This document shows positions 41,279-54,500 of a stretch of 64,000 bases of DNA, in pieces; position 1 is the first letter of the stretch; each line of letters starts with the position of its first letter. The notes beneath the pieces were generated by a model that was given only the letters and a program-made list of their open reading frames with translations, made no database searches and was not told the DNA's origin. A program made the translations under genes and the position numbers. The DNA comes from Eledone cirrhosa (Eukaryota), in the NCBI GenBank assembly GCA_964016885.1, contig OZ024741.1, positions 78,740,001 to 78,804,000 on the forward strand. Reading direction: 5' to 3'.

Positions 41279-44125
41279 TATATATCTGTATATACGCCCA
41301 CGTACGCACACACTTACACATGCACCCCCACTCCCCACTCACACACACAGATTTTACTCTACGCCCATTTTGAACGCAGGAGATATTACATTTTAAAAGT
41401 TGTATTGGAGCAAATATCTTCAATGCAAACCTACAACAGCTTTGCTAAAATGATTACTGCAATTACCATAAATAATTATATCTTCTTTCTGCGTAAATTC
41501 CTTCGTCGAGATGTTCCATAGAAATTTATTTGTGTATTTATTTAATGGTTTTCTTTGCTGTTACTGTTGTTATTCTTGTTGTTTGCATTGATTTTGTCAT
41601 TGGCATTGGCATTGGTGTGGTTTTGGTTATTGTTTCGTTGCAAACCCACCCACCTCTTGCCGTATTATAAGAATTTTAATCAAACAACCCAATAAAGTAA
41701 TCCTCAGCCTCCGCGAGCAAAAGAAACAACCAACCAAACACACAAAACAAAATACTACAAAAAAAGACATGATTCTAAAGCCAACAAGATTATCGAATGC
41801 CTGATTCTGTTATGATCTTTCGTTGATAATAATTGTCTTATTTATTCTCCCTTACAAATTCCTTAAACAGTTCTTTTAAGACAGACGCAAGCAAGAAAAT
41901 ATGTCGACAGCTGATATTGAATTCTTTAGGATATTTGATGCGGCGTATCGTCGTCATTCTGTTGTTGTTGTTGTTCATGCGAATGAAAGAGAAGATAAAA
42001 AAGAAATAAAAGGAAAAACTCCAGGCAAAAGATTCGTATCACAACGGCATTATCAACAACAACAACCATAACAACAGCGTTCACAACTGTAACACAACTG
42101 TAACACAACAGAAGGGGAAGAGAGGGAGAGACGAAGGGGAGGAGGAATAAAAAAGAAACCATGAAGAAAAGTTGTAGTTAGAGAAAAATAGGAGGGGGCT
42201 GCTGAAGGGGAGGGAGGGAGAGAATACGGAAAGAGGAGCGCGAAGGGGTATGAGGAAGGGGAAAGGATTAAGGTGGATGTGGTGCAGGAAGGATTAAAGG
42301 ATATGGAAAAGGGAGGTGGAGGAGGGATGAGGCTGGGTAAGGGTAAATGTGGAGGTATGATGTGAGGGAGTTATGGGGGTGGGGGGAGAGAAAAGAACTG
42401 GTGGAGGGGGGGTATGATGTCAGGGAGGTAGAGATGTTGGGGAAGTAAGGTATGAGTGAGGTAGGGGATGAGGAGGAGTGACGGCGGAGGAAGGAGGCAG
42501 AGGAAGGGAGTAGAGGGGGAGGTAGAGGGGGAAGTAGGGGGGTAAACGCGGGGTAGGGTGGATGAAAGGGTAGAGGGGACGAAAGGGGTAGGGAGGGGTG
42601 TAGAGGGGGAAGAGGGTAAGGAGGAGAGGGGGAATGAGGTGGAAGGGGAGGAAATGTGAGGAAGGATGAGGAAGAGAGAAGGAGGAAGGGGAGTAAGGGG
42701 AGAGTGTGGAAGAGGGAGGAATGGGAGGAAAGTTGAGGAAGCTGGAGGAGGCGCAATGAAGAAGGGGAGTGGACGAGGAAGGGGAGGAAGTAGAATATGG
42801 AAAGAGGAAAAGAAAGTGGAAACTCGTGAGTAAAAAAAAAACAATAATGGAAAAGGAAATAAAACAGAAAAAGAAAAAAAGAAAAGAAGCTTTACAACTG
42901 TAGCAACCGCAATCACAACAGCAGCAAGAACAGCAGCAGCAGCAGCAGCAGCCAGCACAACAGATGAGTCAGCTAAAGCGAGGCTGACAGCAAGCCAAGT
43001 TGTTTCGTGTAGAAGCTAAAGTTCAAACAGCGCGTGATGGAAATTTCCATGACGCAGGCAGACTAATAAATAAATAAATAAATAAATAAATAAGTAAATA
43101 AATAAATAACTAAAATGGTTGCCTCCATTGTGAAGTGAGCAAAAACACCCGTATGCAATTTGCTTTTCTAATCTTATTAATCGCTTCAATCTCTGCCGTT
43201 TTTTTTTTCTTTTCCTTGTCTATTTGCCATATATGTTATTATTTATTACCTTACCGCAACCACTACCACTACCAAACATATCACCCACCCCCACTACCCC
43301 TTACCCCTCCCACCACAAACAACACCGAAACCATCACCACCACCACTACCATCGACACACAACAACTCCACCAACCGCCTCCACCATTCTTACCTCTATA
43401 ACCATCACCTTCACCTACTCCCCTCTCCTACCAGCGCCGCCGACGCTATCACCACCACCCGTCACCCTACCATTACCCCAGCAGCAGCAGCAGCAGCACC
43501 AAAACCCACCCACCCCCACCCCTTCTATCTATGTCATCACCCCCACCTCTACCTACCCCACCACTTGTATCTTTGCCATCACCCCCGCCTTACCCCACCC
43601 CATCCCCACCCGCACTACTTCTATCTTTACCCCACCCTCACCCCACCCACCACTTCTATCTTTACCCCCACCCTCACCCCACCACTACTATCTTAACCAT
43701 CACCCCACCCCACCACCATCACTTCTATCTTTACCACCACCCCACCACTTCTATTTCTACCGTCACCACCTCCACCAACACCACGACCAATTCCTACCCC
43801 ACCCACCATTTCTATTTCTACCCTCAACCCCCCACCCCCACCACCACTTCTATCCCTACCATCACCCCACCACCAACACCAACACCCACCGTTGTCATCA
43901 AACTAAATAATTTAATTTGACACCTATATTTTCCCAGATTTCATGTTGGTTTCTTCTGTCTTACTATTACCATGGTTTATTACTTACAATACTGTACATA
44001 GTTTATGCTACAACAGCACTTAAAGGTCATCACCTCTACATTTCCTCTACGCCTTTCTTCTTGATCGTTTTTTAACCATCACCAGAAAAGTGCCACCATC
44101 ATCGTCGCTGCTGCTGCTGCTGCTG

Positions 44126-44173
<48 letters not shown>

Positions 44174-44250
44174 ATGGTTTTTGTCTTCATTGTTCTTCAA
44201 CATACAGGACACCGTTTCTGCACCTTTTATGTATGTACACATACACGCAC

Positions 44251-44361
<111 letters not shown>

Positions 44362-44436
44362 TATTATATATATATACATACTATCGCAACAAACACATTT
44401 TCCATCTGTCGTACACTCCCTGTCACTCAGTTCTCC

Positions 44437-44545
<109 letters not shown>

Positions 44546-45408
44546 AGAGAGTGTGTGTGTGTGTATGTGTGAGTGAGAGAGAGAGACTGTTTTAAAATGT
44601 CTCGATATGCTCATTTAATCTGATAGAATTTGAGTTTATAAAATACCATTTCATGGTCGTTCAGTTATCATCTTCAAACGATTGCAAGTTCAAAGGTCAT
44701 GAAACACGAGACGTTACCTTGTCATGAAATGCCATTTTCTAGTTTTTGTGTGATAAAGTTTCCCTTTTTAGTTATCATGTTGTCGCGATAACAATTGTTT
44801 CTGGTTAAACGTTGTTACAAACGATGTCATGAAGTCTGGTCGTGGTAGCAATTGTCTCTTGCTTAAAGCTGTTCAGAATGATGTGACCTCGTCTCGGCGA
44901 TATAAATTGCCTCTGGCGTAAATTTGTTAAGCGCTATCTTTATATAAAAACCTTTTATTTCTTCTATTTTCAAGTGAAGCTAGTTTAGTAGCGGGAATGA
45001 ACTGAAACGATTATAAAATAACAGGCGTGTAAGTTGGTATGGAAAACTGTGTCAATGATTCTGATAGACATGTGTTTATCTCTTACAACATAACCGAAGT
45101 TATCTCTTAATGATTTATAAAATGCCAAACGCTATCTAAACAAATGCCGGCTTTTTTTATGGTTGTGTAGCCATGGTTCACCTCTAAGCGAACAGGTATT
45201 GCACATATATAGGCAGAGGAGCATACTGTATGCATACTGTATGCTTATGATGAATCGTATGGAATAGTGTGACAATTCTGTTCTCTCCGCTATTTTCTGT
45301 ACGCCTGTTATTGTTGCTGTTATCGTCATCGTCGTTATCATTATCGTTGTGGTTATCGTTGTTGTTGTTATTGTTGTTGTTGTTGTTGTTCTTCTTCTTC
45401 TTCTTCTT

Positions 45409-45459
<51 letters not shown>

Positions 45460-45544
45460 CTGCTGCTGTGCCTGTGCTTGACTGGAATATATTTTATCGT
45501 CCTCAGAGTAAAGGGGGACACTGGGGTGAATGAAGATAAATAAT

Positions 45545-45690
45545 TGTTTCTACTTTAGGCACAAGGCCATCAATTTTTTTTTTTTTTTGGGGGGGGGGGG
45601 GGGGTCGATTTAATCGACCCCAGTGCGTGACTGGTACTTTATTTTATCGATCCCGTAAAGTGAAAGGCAAAGCTAACCGCGGCAGGTCTC
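45545..45690 (-). mobile_element. tRNA-derived SINE, 3' part
   Basis: Family tail and core as in 2539-2752. Confidence 0.75.
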
Positions 45691-46596
45691 CTACCAATCA
45701 ACTGCCCTTTAAGTGTGTAGTGTTGTGCCTAGTTTAGGCATAATACTACATACTTACATATCTCACATACTTCGTTGGAATGCTGCGGTCGGTATAATTG
45801 GATTCATCACTTGATTGGTACTTTTCTTTTTGTTGAACGGAAATAAGTTACTGGAAAATATTCCTAGGAAAACGGTGATAGAAAAAGTCACTAGAAACTG
45901 GTCTCAAATATATCTAGGAAAAACCTAAGAATATATCAAATATATCTAGGAAACCCTAAGAATAAAATGTATTTTTTTTAGTTAAAGTAATTAGATATTT
46001 GAAGTAATTTATCAACTAACAATACATGACTTGTACACAAATGACAGTACAGTTTATATAATACTATTATACAAGGTGACTAAAAAACTAACTGCCCTGC
46101 GCACATTTTGTGTCACTGTATATTCATTTTCTAATTGATACATGGACATGGCAGAAACAACTTCTGAGAAGATAACAATTGGAGCTCCACCAATGAGGCT
46201 CGTACAAGAAGGTCCGGGCGCAATTTCATGTATTTTTTGCAATGGACAAATAAATGAAAACACCAGACAAATAAATGAAAACATCAAACAAAAAAATATC
46301 AGAGAGATCAAAGTCATCTCTAAGTCTGTTTGTAAAGACGTTACGCTAAACTTCACCATGCGTCTAAAAGATGCATGGATTCGAATGGAGATCTCTTGGA
46401 ATATGTGTTGTAACTCTAGACAGAAACAACAGTAGATAGTGAATGTTTGATATGTTGTTGATTTGAATTATATATATTCGGAGTTTCATCGGTTTTTCTA
46501 AATAAAAGAAAAAAGAATAATGTAGACAAAAGTAAAAACGAGGCCAGTTTTTAAAATTCACTCTGTATCTGAAAAACAATCACGCTTAATTCAATA

Positions 46597-46780
46597 ATTT
46601 CTAACTTAGACACAGAACTAGAAATTAGGAGGAAGGAATAATTCTTTGTATTGACTGGTATTTATTTTATCGACCCCAAAACGATAAAAGGCAAAGCTAA
46701 CCTCAGCGGGATTTGATGAGCCGGAAAAATACCGCAAGGTATTTTGTTCGACACTTTCATGATTGTGTTAATCTATCGCC
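46597..46780 (-). mobile_element. tRNA-derived SINE
   Basis: Degenerate tail, ttttatcgacccc..aaaggcaaag core. Confidence 0.65.
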
Positions 46781-46804
46781 ATAATAATAATGATAATATT
46801 AATA

Positions 46805-49800
46805 ATTTCTTATTGGCACGAGGGCCGATATATAGGGGACACGACAATAGACGGGGATAATGGGGGTTTTACACAAAAATCTAGTAAAAAGAATAAGAAA
46901 GCAATAACAAGAAACAAGAAAATTACGAAAAACAGAGTTCCCCAATAGGGGGGGGGGGGGATAACCACTCAGGGTCGTCTCAGATACCCTACCAATCCTA
47001 AACCAGTCGACGCTTCGAGGGTACCCGGGAAGACCACCCTTCTCCTTAAATTAACCTACATACACTCACATGCTCAGAATAGGGCCCATTTACACGGGCC
47101 ATTCTCACCACATACACCCACCTCTTAGCAAATGTACTGGGGGCAGCAGTTCTCTCTCCATCCTCATCTGCCTTTCCAAGTGAAACTTGAAAATATTGAT
47201 GTGGGATTGGCTGAAGAGAAAAGTGTCTGTCTTCAGTCCTTTCAACCTGGTCCACCACATCACCTCTTTCGCAACTGCCACCAGTCTCGGTCTGTTCTTG
47301 ACCCAGGACTGCACCTCAGTCAAAGAGACGAGCTGCGGAAAGGCTCATCTGACAACGGCGACCACACCTGTTCGCCGTTTAGGTAGAATATCTGGAGATC
47401 CCGCAGCCCCAGAGCATATTTTCGCATCATTAATCACGACATGCCCAGCCCACAGCGTAGTGGGTGCTGGCAGCAAATGGACCACCTGACCAACGGAACC
47501 TGTCCCCTCCACAAGAATTTGAAGAGGCGCCGTTCTAGTTTGGCGAGGCGCGAACAGGGGCAAGGCACGACGGTCAGGCGGTAGTAGATGACGGACGCGA
47601 TGTATATATTCGCCACCTCCACCCAACCTTTCTGGGCCAGATTCCTCCCGGTCCATTTCTGGGTGAGAGTGGCAACCCAGATCGTCACCTCATCCCAATA
47701 CTTATCTACCTGGAGGACTGGTCCGATCCAAACCTAGAGCAACTTTACTGGTCGGTCCGTCCGTCCAGTGCCTGATGACGCTGTTAGACGGCATGGACTT
47801 GCCTCTCCAGATGCCGAGTTGCAAGCCCACCGACTTTTCCGGGTCAAGTTTCGCTCGCGTCACCTTTCATATTCCTCCAATAATGTGCTGACCACCTGGA
47901 TTTACGAGGTGTCCGACTTCATCACCGTGATGTCGACTGCATAAGCTGACACAGCCTTTCCGCGTCCCGGTTCGAGCGGGATGCCTTGTAATAGCTCCAG
48001 TTTCCGCAGTAAAGGCACGAGAGTCAATACGTACAGGAGGGAGGAGAGAGGGCACCCTTGACAGACCGATCAGGAGATCTGTAACGGTTCCGAAAAGTGG
48101 CCATTAACTTTGACCATCAAGAAGATGCCGCTGTGCATTGCAGCGATCCAGCCTCTGAAGACGGAACCGAAGCCAGCTACCTTGAGGACATCCTCCAGGT
48201 ATTGATGGTCGACCCTATCGAAAGCTTTCGATTGATCTAAATTGATCAGAGATCGAGGTTTACACCCTACCCTCTCTATAATGTATCGCACAAGGAGGCA
48301 GTTGTATATGGACCTGGTCGAGATTGCTCAAGTTTGCGCCTCCTCTACCAAATCTTCGACGAAATGCACCAACCTCTTCGCTAATACCTTGGCCAAAATC
48401 TTAAACTCTGTGTTTAACAGAGTAATGGGCCTGAAGTTATCTAATATGTCTATCTTGTTCTCATCTTTCCTCATCAGCGTCACTACATCTCGGCTCACAG
48501 AACTGGGAATACTTCCAGTTGCAGTAGAGCCCTTCGAGGAGATGGATAACAAGTCTGGCATATCTACGTAAAGCTCGTAGGGCAGACCATCCAAACCAGG
48601 TGACTTGCACCTCGTGCAGCCGAATAGGGCATCACGAATTTCGGCCTAAGTCATCGGTCGTCGAGAGATGCGGTAAGCCATCGAGGTAGGTACTGAAGTC
48701 CGCTACCGTCTCCAACCCGCCACTTCCCCCGAATAACCGAGCAAAGTGCTGGCGAAAGGCCTCACACATCCACCTGGAATCGCTCAATTCCTGTCCGTAT
48801 CGGTCCGTGAAGACCAAATTCTGGTTTTGTTACTACGCTGCGCCTCTGCCACGCGGGCCCATCGAAGAGCTTTGGTTCCCTCGTTTCTTAGAGCACGCGC
48901 CTTATTTCAGACAATGCAACCTTCGTGTTTCGCATTGAAGAAATGGTTTTCTGCTATTCTCGCCGCTAGCTCGTCAGTTGCAATGTCACAACAAATAGCC
49001 TCGTCTTATTTAGCTATCAGCTCCCCCTCCTTTCTATTTTTCTATAACGCTACTTCTTTGCTAAGCCCTATCGACATTACTCTAATCTCTCTTTTAAGAC
49101 CCTCCCACCATCTATTGTTGACCCCCCCCCCCCGTCAACATTTGCTTAACTAAATTGTTGACCCGGGCTCTGTAAGCCTTACGTGTCGGAAACGACATGT
49201 TCAGCTCCCAGTAACTAGGTCTTAACCTACCCTTCTTATCTAGGTCGACCATACAGGTCACACACTTGTTATCTGAATAGGCGACCGTTTTAAAAAGAGG
49301 ATAGCCTACACTATTCATATCTATTGTCCTAATGAGAATCCTATCTATATACGATCTAGATGAACCTATGCGGTTGGCCCAGGCCCATACTGGCGCTTTA
49401 GGGTAATCTAGTTGGTACCTGTCAGACATTGGGAACTGGCTGATCAGGTACTTGAGACTTTTTCAACCCCTGTTCCTATCACAAAATCCCAGCGTGCGTC
49501 TAAGATGCCGTTCCAGTCCCCCACTAACAGTAAAGGGTGAGATGTACCCAGAAAGGTTTCCAGGCGCTTAAAGAAATCTGGCCACCAGTCTAAAGGCACC
49601 ACCTTCATTATTGTTCACGTCCAGGACTACCTACCTACCGTCCGGGTCCCGGAAGATTGATCTTACCTCGAGATCCAGGCCTTTCTTAAATAGCTCTTCC
49701 ACCTCACCTCCTATTCTCGGCCGACTAACAGATGCGAAAATCTGATAATCGTCGAAAGTGGGGGTTAGTGCGCACGTGTCGGAAATCCTGGTCTCGCTGA

Positions 49801-49890
49801 CAGCAATCACATCCATATCCAGGTGACCCTGCTTCCAGGCCGACCCCAGGCCACGAAACTTTAAGCATCCTACTCTTAGGATCACCATTT
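46805..49890 (-). mobile_element. Tx1/L1-clade LINE ORF2 (APE endonuclease + RT), decayed, near complete
   Basis: MVILRVGCL..RGL, DVIAVSETR, LLVGDWNGILD, SRSYIDRIL, DGLPYELY, NFRPITLLNTEFKILAKVLAKRL, LDQSKAFDRVDH; same family as 16120-17930; further fragments at 50270-50430, 54770-55000, 55460-55630, 57520-57940. Confidence 0.9.
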
Positions 49891-50900
49891 TGGCAGTCTA
49901 ATAGAGAGAGGAAATGTTTACTTACCTCCCAAGGCCTTGTGGAGGTCGGGAGGTTCGACTTCCATAGTTAGTGGGGTTTGTTTTGGAAACCTCTTTTGGA
50001 AAGTCTAGATGTGGGTTTCACGTTCGGGGTTCCCACGTCCCGAGGGAAGCTATCTCTAGTTGCTTTGTAGGGACCAGGTGACATTCGTACCAGAAACACA
50101 TCTTCTGGTACACGAAACAAGGCAAAGACAGAAGTCTTACGACCCTTTTCACAAAATGCAACAATTATTACAAATGAAAACAAAACTGAAAATTTACTAC
50201 TGTATGAACTGGCAAAGCTCCTCGGTAGCACTGCCAGAGCAGGCATTTCTGGAAGTTATCCATGGGCCCTAGAATGAAAGTCCACTGGAAGAGAGTGGCT
50301 AGTTGATTTTCGTCAACGCCCAGAGTCTCCCAAGGACGTCATCGCTCTTACCCTCCGCTAACCCTTTATAGAATGCTGAGGTGGAGTTTCCACCGATCGT
50401 ACTGCTCGATTTGCTGGGGGCTGTGGGCGCTTGAAGACATTCCAATAATAAATAATAAATAGCAAAGTTGATCTGGGTGAGATAGGAACACAAAACTTAA
50501 AAGGACATGACTAAATACTGTCAAATATATCCTCAATTACTATACCAATTCTGACAAAACACCACCACAATTTGAAGATATTTTATTTTCCGTTTGTTTT
50601 TAATATATTTTCAATTATTTACCAAACATAGTTTCAAATATAAACATATCAAACATATTTAATGTATTTTCGGTTTTGAATACAAATGCAGCGGTTTTTT
50701 ATGTTTTCGTTTTGTTTGCTGTCTATAAATTTCCTAATTTAGAATCAGCTTCAATCAATTACGTCGTCTCTTTTTCTATAACTAGTAATTATTTATGCTT
50801 CAAATATTCTACACTATATGTAATATAATTATATATATTTTAAATATAAATAAAACTGACATATAGGCATTGCACTTTGTTTCTCCTTCACCTTCTTCTA

Positions 50901-50962
<62 letters not shown>

Positions 50963-51440
50963 CATACATATGTGTGTACAAATATATATATATATAGAGA
51001 GAGAGAGATGTATATATATGTAATGTGTGTGTGTGCATGATTCAGAATATATGAAAGCGTATACAATATGTTTATGTATAATAATTCTGTATGTTTGTTA
51101 ATGCTAGTGCGAATAAATGCCCACTCATCCAGTCCGGACTATATGCAAATGAGCATGTCCATATATGTATCATCTGAAGCTATCAACCTATTTGCCTCAG
51201 TAAACGTCACTAAAGTTAAATTAATACATTCTGAAATGCTATAGTATATGGCGAGCCTACAGTTACACGTATCACAAAAAATATATTAGAGGTGTATATG
51301 AAAACATATACAAACATATATAATACTCTTGCATACAATAAACACTGCCGAAGAAAAATATTTTTCCCTTAATGAAACGAAACAAAAAAAATGAATTATC
51401 TTTTTCTATTTTCCTCAGTGAATATATCACCGAGTTGTGA

Positions 51441-51491
51441 GAATGTCAAACAGTTGTTAGAAGGTTTGTTAATCTCTCATCAGTGACACTC
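51441..51491 (-). ncRNA. Degenerate type I hammerhead (family H)
   Basis: gagtgtca-CTGATGA-gagattaacaaaccttc-TAA-caact-GTT-tgacattc; 8-bp stem I in exact register, GAAA decayed. Confidence 0.5.
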
Positions 51492-51829
51492 ACTCAGAAC
51501 ATATTGCCATGAAACAGACTATATTCGGTATAGAATATTGCGTGATGATCACTTGCTGGAGATGCAAAGAACATCGGCTGGAAGTGGTCATTTGCATATA
51601 GTGCGAGAGAACATACTGGCAACTCGACGATATATTCACCGCGTTACGGAAAAAAATATTTTTTTTCTTCGGCAGTGAGGCTACCCATTTGTTATTGTAT
51701 GTAAGCGTATTATATACGTTTATATATATTTTGATATACATATAAATTTGCACCGCACACAGAGCCCTTTCTTTCAGCTTAAGCTTCATGTGGCAATTCT
51801 TCCCTTTCAGTGGGATCCAGTTCATAACT

Positions 51830-52485
51830 CATTCTGACAGCCGGGGGCTTTTTAGCATCCCCTCTCCCGTCCCGTGCAGCCTTTCCTGGCACCCCACCTG
51901 AATAGTGGAGTTTCCATCCTCTATCCTAATCTATAGTACCAGAGCCACGGAACTTTAAGGAAACCCCAACTATATCTAGCCGGGAGCATCTAGCCTCCTC
52001 CGTTAGTCCCTACTCTTTGTTTGTAAGGGTTGTAATTTTCCAGTTACCAATTCTTAAGGTTTTCACCCTTCCGGGCCCTCTGTGGGGTCTTGGGATACGT
52101 AACCTTTGTGCTTCCATCCCTCGCCTCTTATAACAGGTCACAGGTCGATCGTCAGGTCATGCAGCATTGTATGGCCACTGCAATATATTTTTCGAACTGG
52201 CCCCTATACCTAAGGCCTGACCGCGTCCCTTGTTATCCTGCGCGAAACGATGTGGTCTAGATATGTTTACTGTTTCCGGCTATATTACAGTGTTTTGGCA
52301 CTTTTCTCAGACCCGCGAAAACTAAGCTTTTTTTAGAGACGGCCTTTGCTCGCCTCGTCATAGCTATATCATTGGGTTGTGAGGGGGTTCTTGGGAGCTA
52401 AAAGTGTCACTCATTGCTCCATCTTCCCTAGTAGCTTATCACTGTTTGTCCGGGGTTGCTTTTCGTCCGAGGCTGCTATTCACCA
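51830..52485 (-). mobile_element. RTE LINE 5' region (5' UTR and start of the APE endonuclease)
   Basis: Minus-strand translation VKTLRIGNWKITTLTNKE...LDIVGVS resembles the RTE APE start xIGTWNVRTL...DIxxLSE. Confidence 0.6.
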
Positions 52486-53529
52486 AATTGTTAATATGAG
52501 ATATTTGGATTATTTCATAAACAATGTCTGATATTTTTGGAAATTTCTACAGAGATGTAGATTTGCATACTAATTACGGAAATTGGAACCATATGTGGTC
52601 GTTCAGCTCGATAGAAATAGCAAATGAAGCTTCCTCAAATGTTATTTTTAAAAAGGAATCACACATTTATATAATGTAGTTGAAGTAACACTATATCTAG
52701 AAAAAGAAAAAAAAACGTAGTGAATTAGAATGTAGTGCTGAGTTCAACATTTTTGTCAGCTTCATTTTTTGACGAAATATATTCTATATAAAGACAATGT
52801 ATTCACTGATGCATTTACGACCAATCCGTGGTACACTTAAACTGTTGCTTGCTTTAACATCGCCCCCTTGTCTGTCTTTATCGGAATACACTGTTGCAAG
52901 TATTCGGGTTTGGTCTCCAATGGGAGAATAACTCTCTCCTTTCTCCTTCCCTTCCCGAAGGCCTTGAAAAGCGTCATGGGTGGTCACCCTCCTCCTCTGA
53001 CTAAAACATACAAAACAACCTCACCGTTTTCCGCACTTAATTTGCAAGCAAGACTTTCTACGACTAACGGGAATAAATTACTAGACCATCTCGTAATATT
53101 ACAGTCAAAAGATTAGTTCCCTATCCAAAGAAAAGGCACACCTCTCAGTGTTTTGTGATATCAAACCAGAACTAAGTACCGTTTCTTAAAACCGTATTTG
53201 GGGTTTTATTACAAATAACATTCACATTTACCTATAAGAACCAATGTGGGAGCCTCTACGTAGTCTTCCTCCCTCCTAGAAAAAAAAATCAATTCACCCA
53301 AATATCTCTTTAGCTTAAGAAAGGGAGCACATGCTGGCCAATGTAATCCTGGGTATACAAAACAAAAATAAATAAAATGAAATAATAAAATAGACGGCAT
53401 GATCGCATGGATAGAAGTATCTAGGCATACTGGAACTCGATAATATCATGCATGAGAAAATTAAGCAAAAAGTGCACACAACATATTTGATTAAATCTTG
53501 TATTGAAGTTTTAATGTAAGGAATTTGAT

Positions 53530-54500
53530 AAATGTGTTTCACACATGGGCGTTGCCGTTATTCATTATAGTGCTGAAGTAATGACATGAATGAAAGATGA
53601 AGTAGATGCATTAGAAAAAGTACAAAACTATGCCTGGCATGCTTCATCTAAAAGCAATTATTAGTTGCCTATACAAGAAGCAGGCGATTGTTGGGAGATA
53701 ACTTATTAGCATCACTGACTGTGGGTGGTGAGCAAAGGTCTGTGAATAACAACGTAACCCTTTCGTTACTAAACCCCCTGAAACTGCCCATAGTACTACA
53801 ATACAAAGTTGTTAATATTAAAATGTCTATATTTATCCAAAAAGCTTAGATTTTATGTAAGAATGGTTGCTAAACACCAGCTTATTCCTGCGAAAATTAA
53901 ATTCCTGTAAATTTTTTATTATTTTCAAAGCGATTTGAAAATCATAGACAGTGTCTTTCATTAGAAATATGGTAATGAAAAGGTTAAACATGCTGCAATA
54001 TAATTAGGATTTATTGGCGCTGAATGTATAAAAAAGTAGGATAATTTGTGAAAGAAAGGAAGTCCTGGAAGAAATGCAATTAGATAGAGTTCTACATGAG
54101 ACACTAAAAATGTGAATCATCGTAGAAGTGACTTCAAAGTCGAGATTTAATGAGTTTGTTATTGCTGCTGAAGATCAGCTACTAAAATACAAACTCAGTG
54201 AATATTTATTGCACGGCTTCGACAAATAAATGCAGCCTATGTAATGAGCGAGTAGAAAATATTGATCATATTGTAGCAGGTTATAAATTGTTAGCATAGA
54301 AAGAAAACAATACAAGCGATGGTATAAGATTTCTCTCAACTTGCACTGGTCACTTCGTAAGAAAATTAGATACAGCACACCAGGCGAATGGTAGAATCTT
54401 GTGCTAGAAAAGGCTCTGAACTAATGAACCTAGTAAAATGAAATTTTTATGGGACATCGATATCCAGACATATAATAATTGAACAGCGAAGACCAAATCT
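53530..54500 (+). mobile_element. R4/Dong-like C-terminal remnant
   Basis: FVIAAEDQL, KCSLC..VENIDHIVAG, YKRWY...LHWSL, WDIDIQT...RRPNL fragments. Confidence 0.55.

Noticed and set aside
44770-44930. Degenerate ~55-bp tandem units containing caattg
   Set aside because: Too diverged to classify; no hammerhead core; not a CRISPR-like repeat-spacer array
46054-46435. Overlapping ~100-aa ORFs
   Set aside because: No recognisable domain; region partly resembles 50560-50800, suggesting an unclassified repeat
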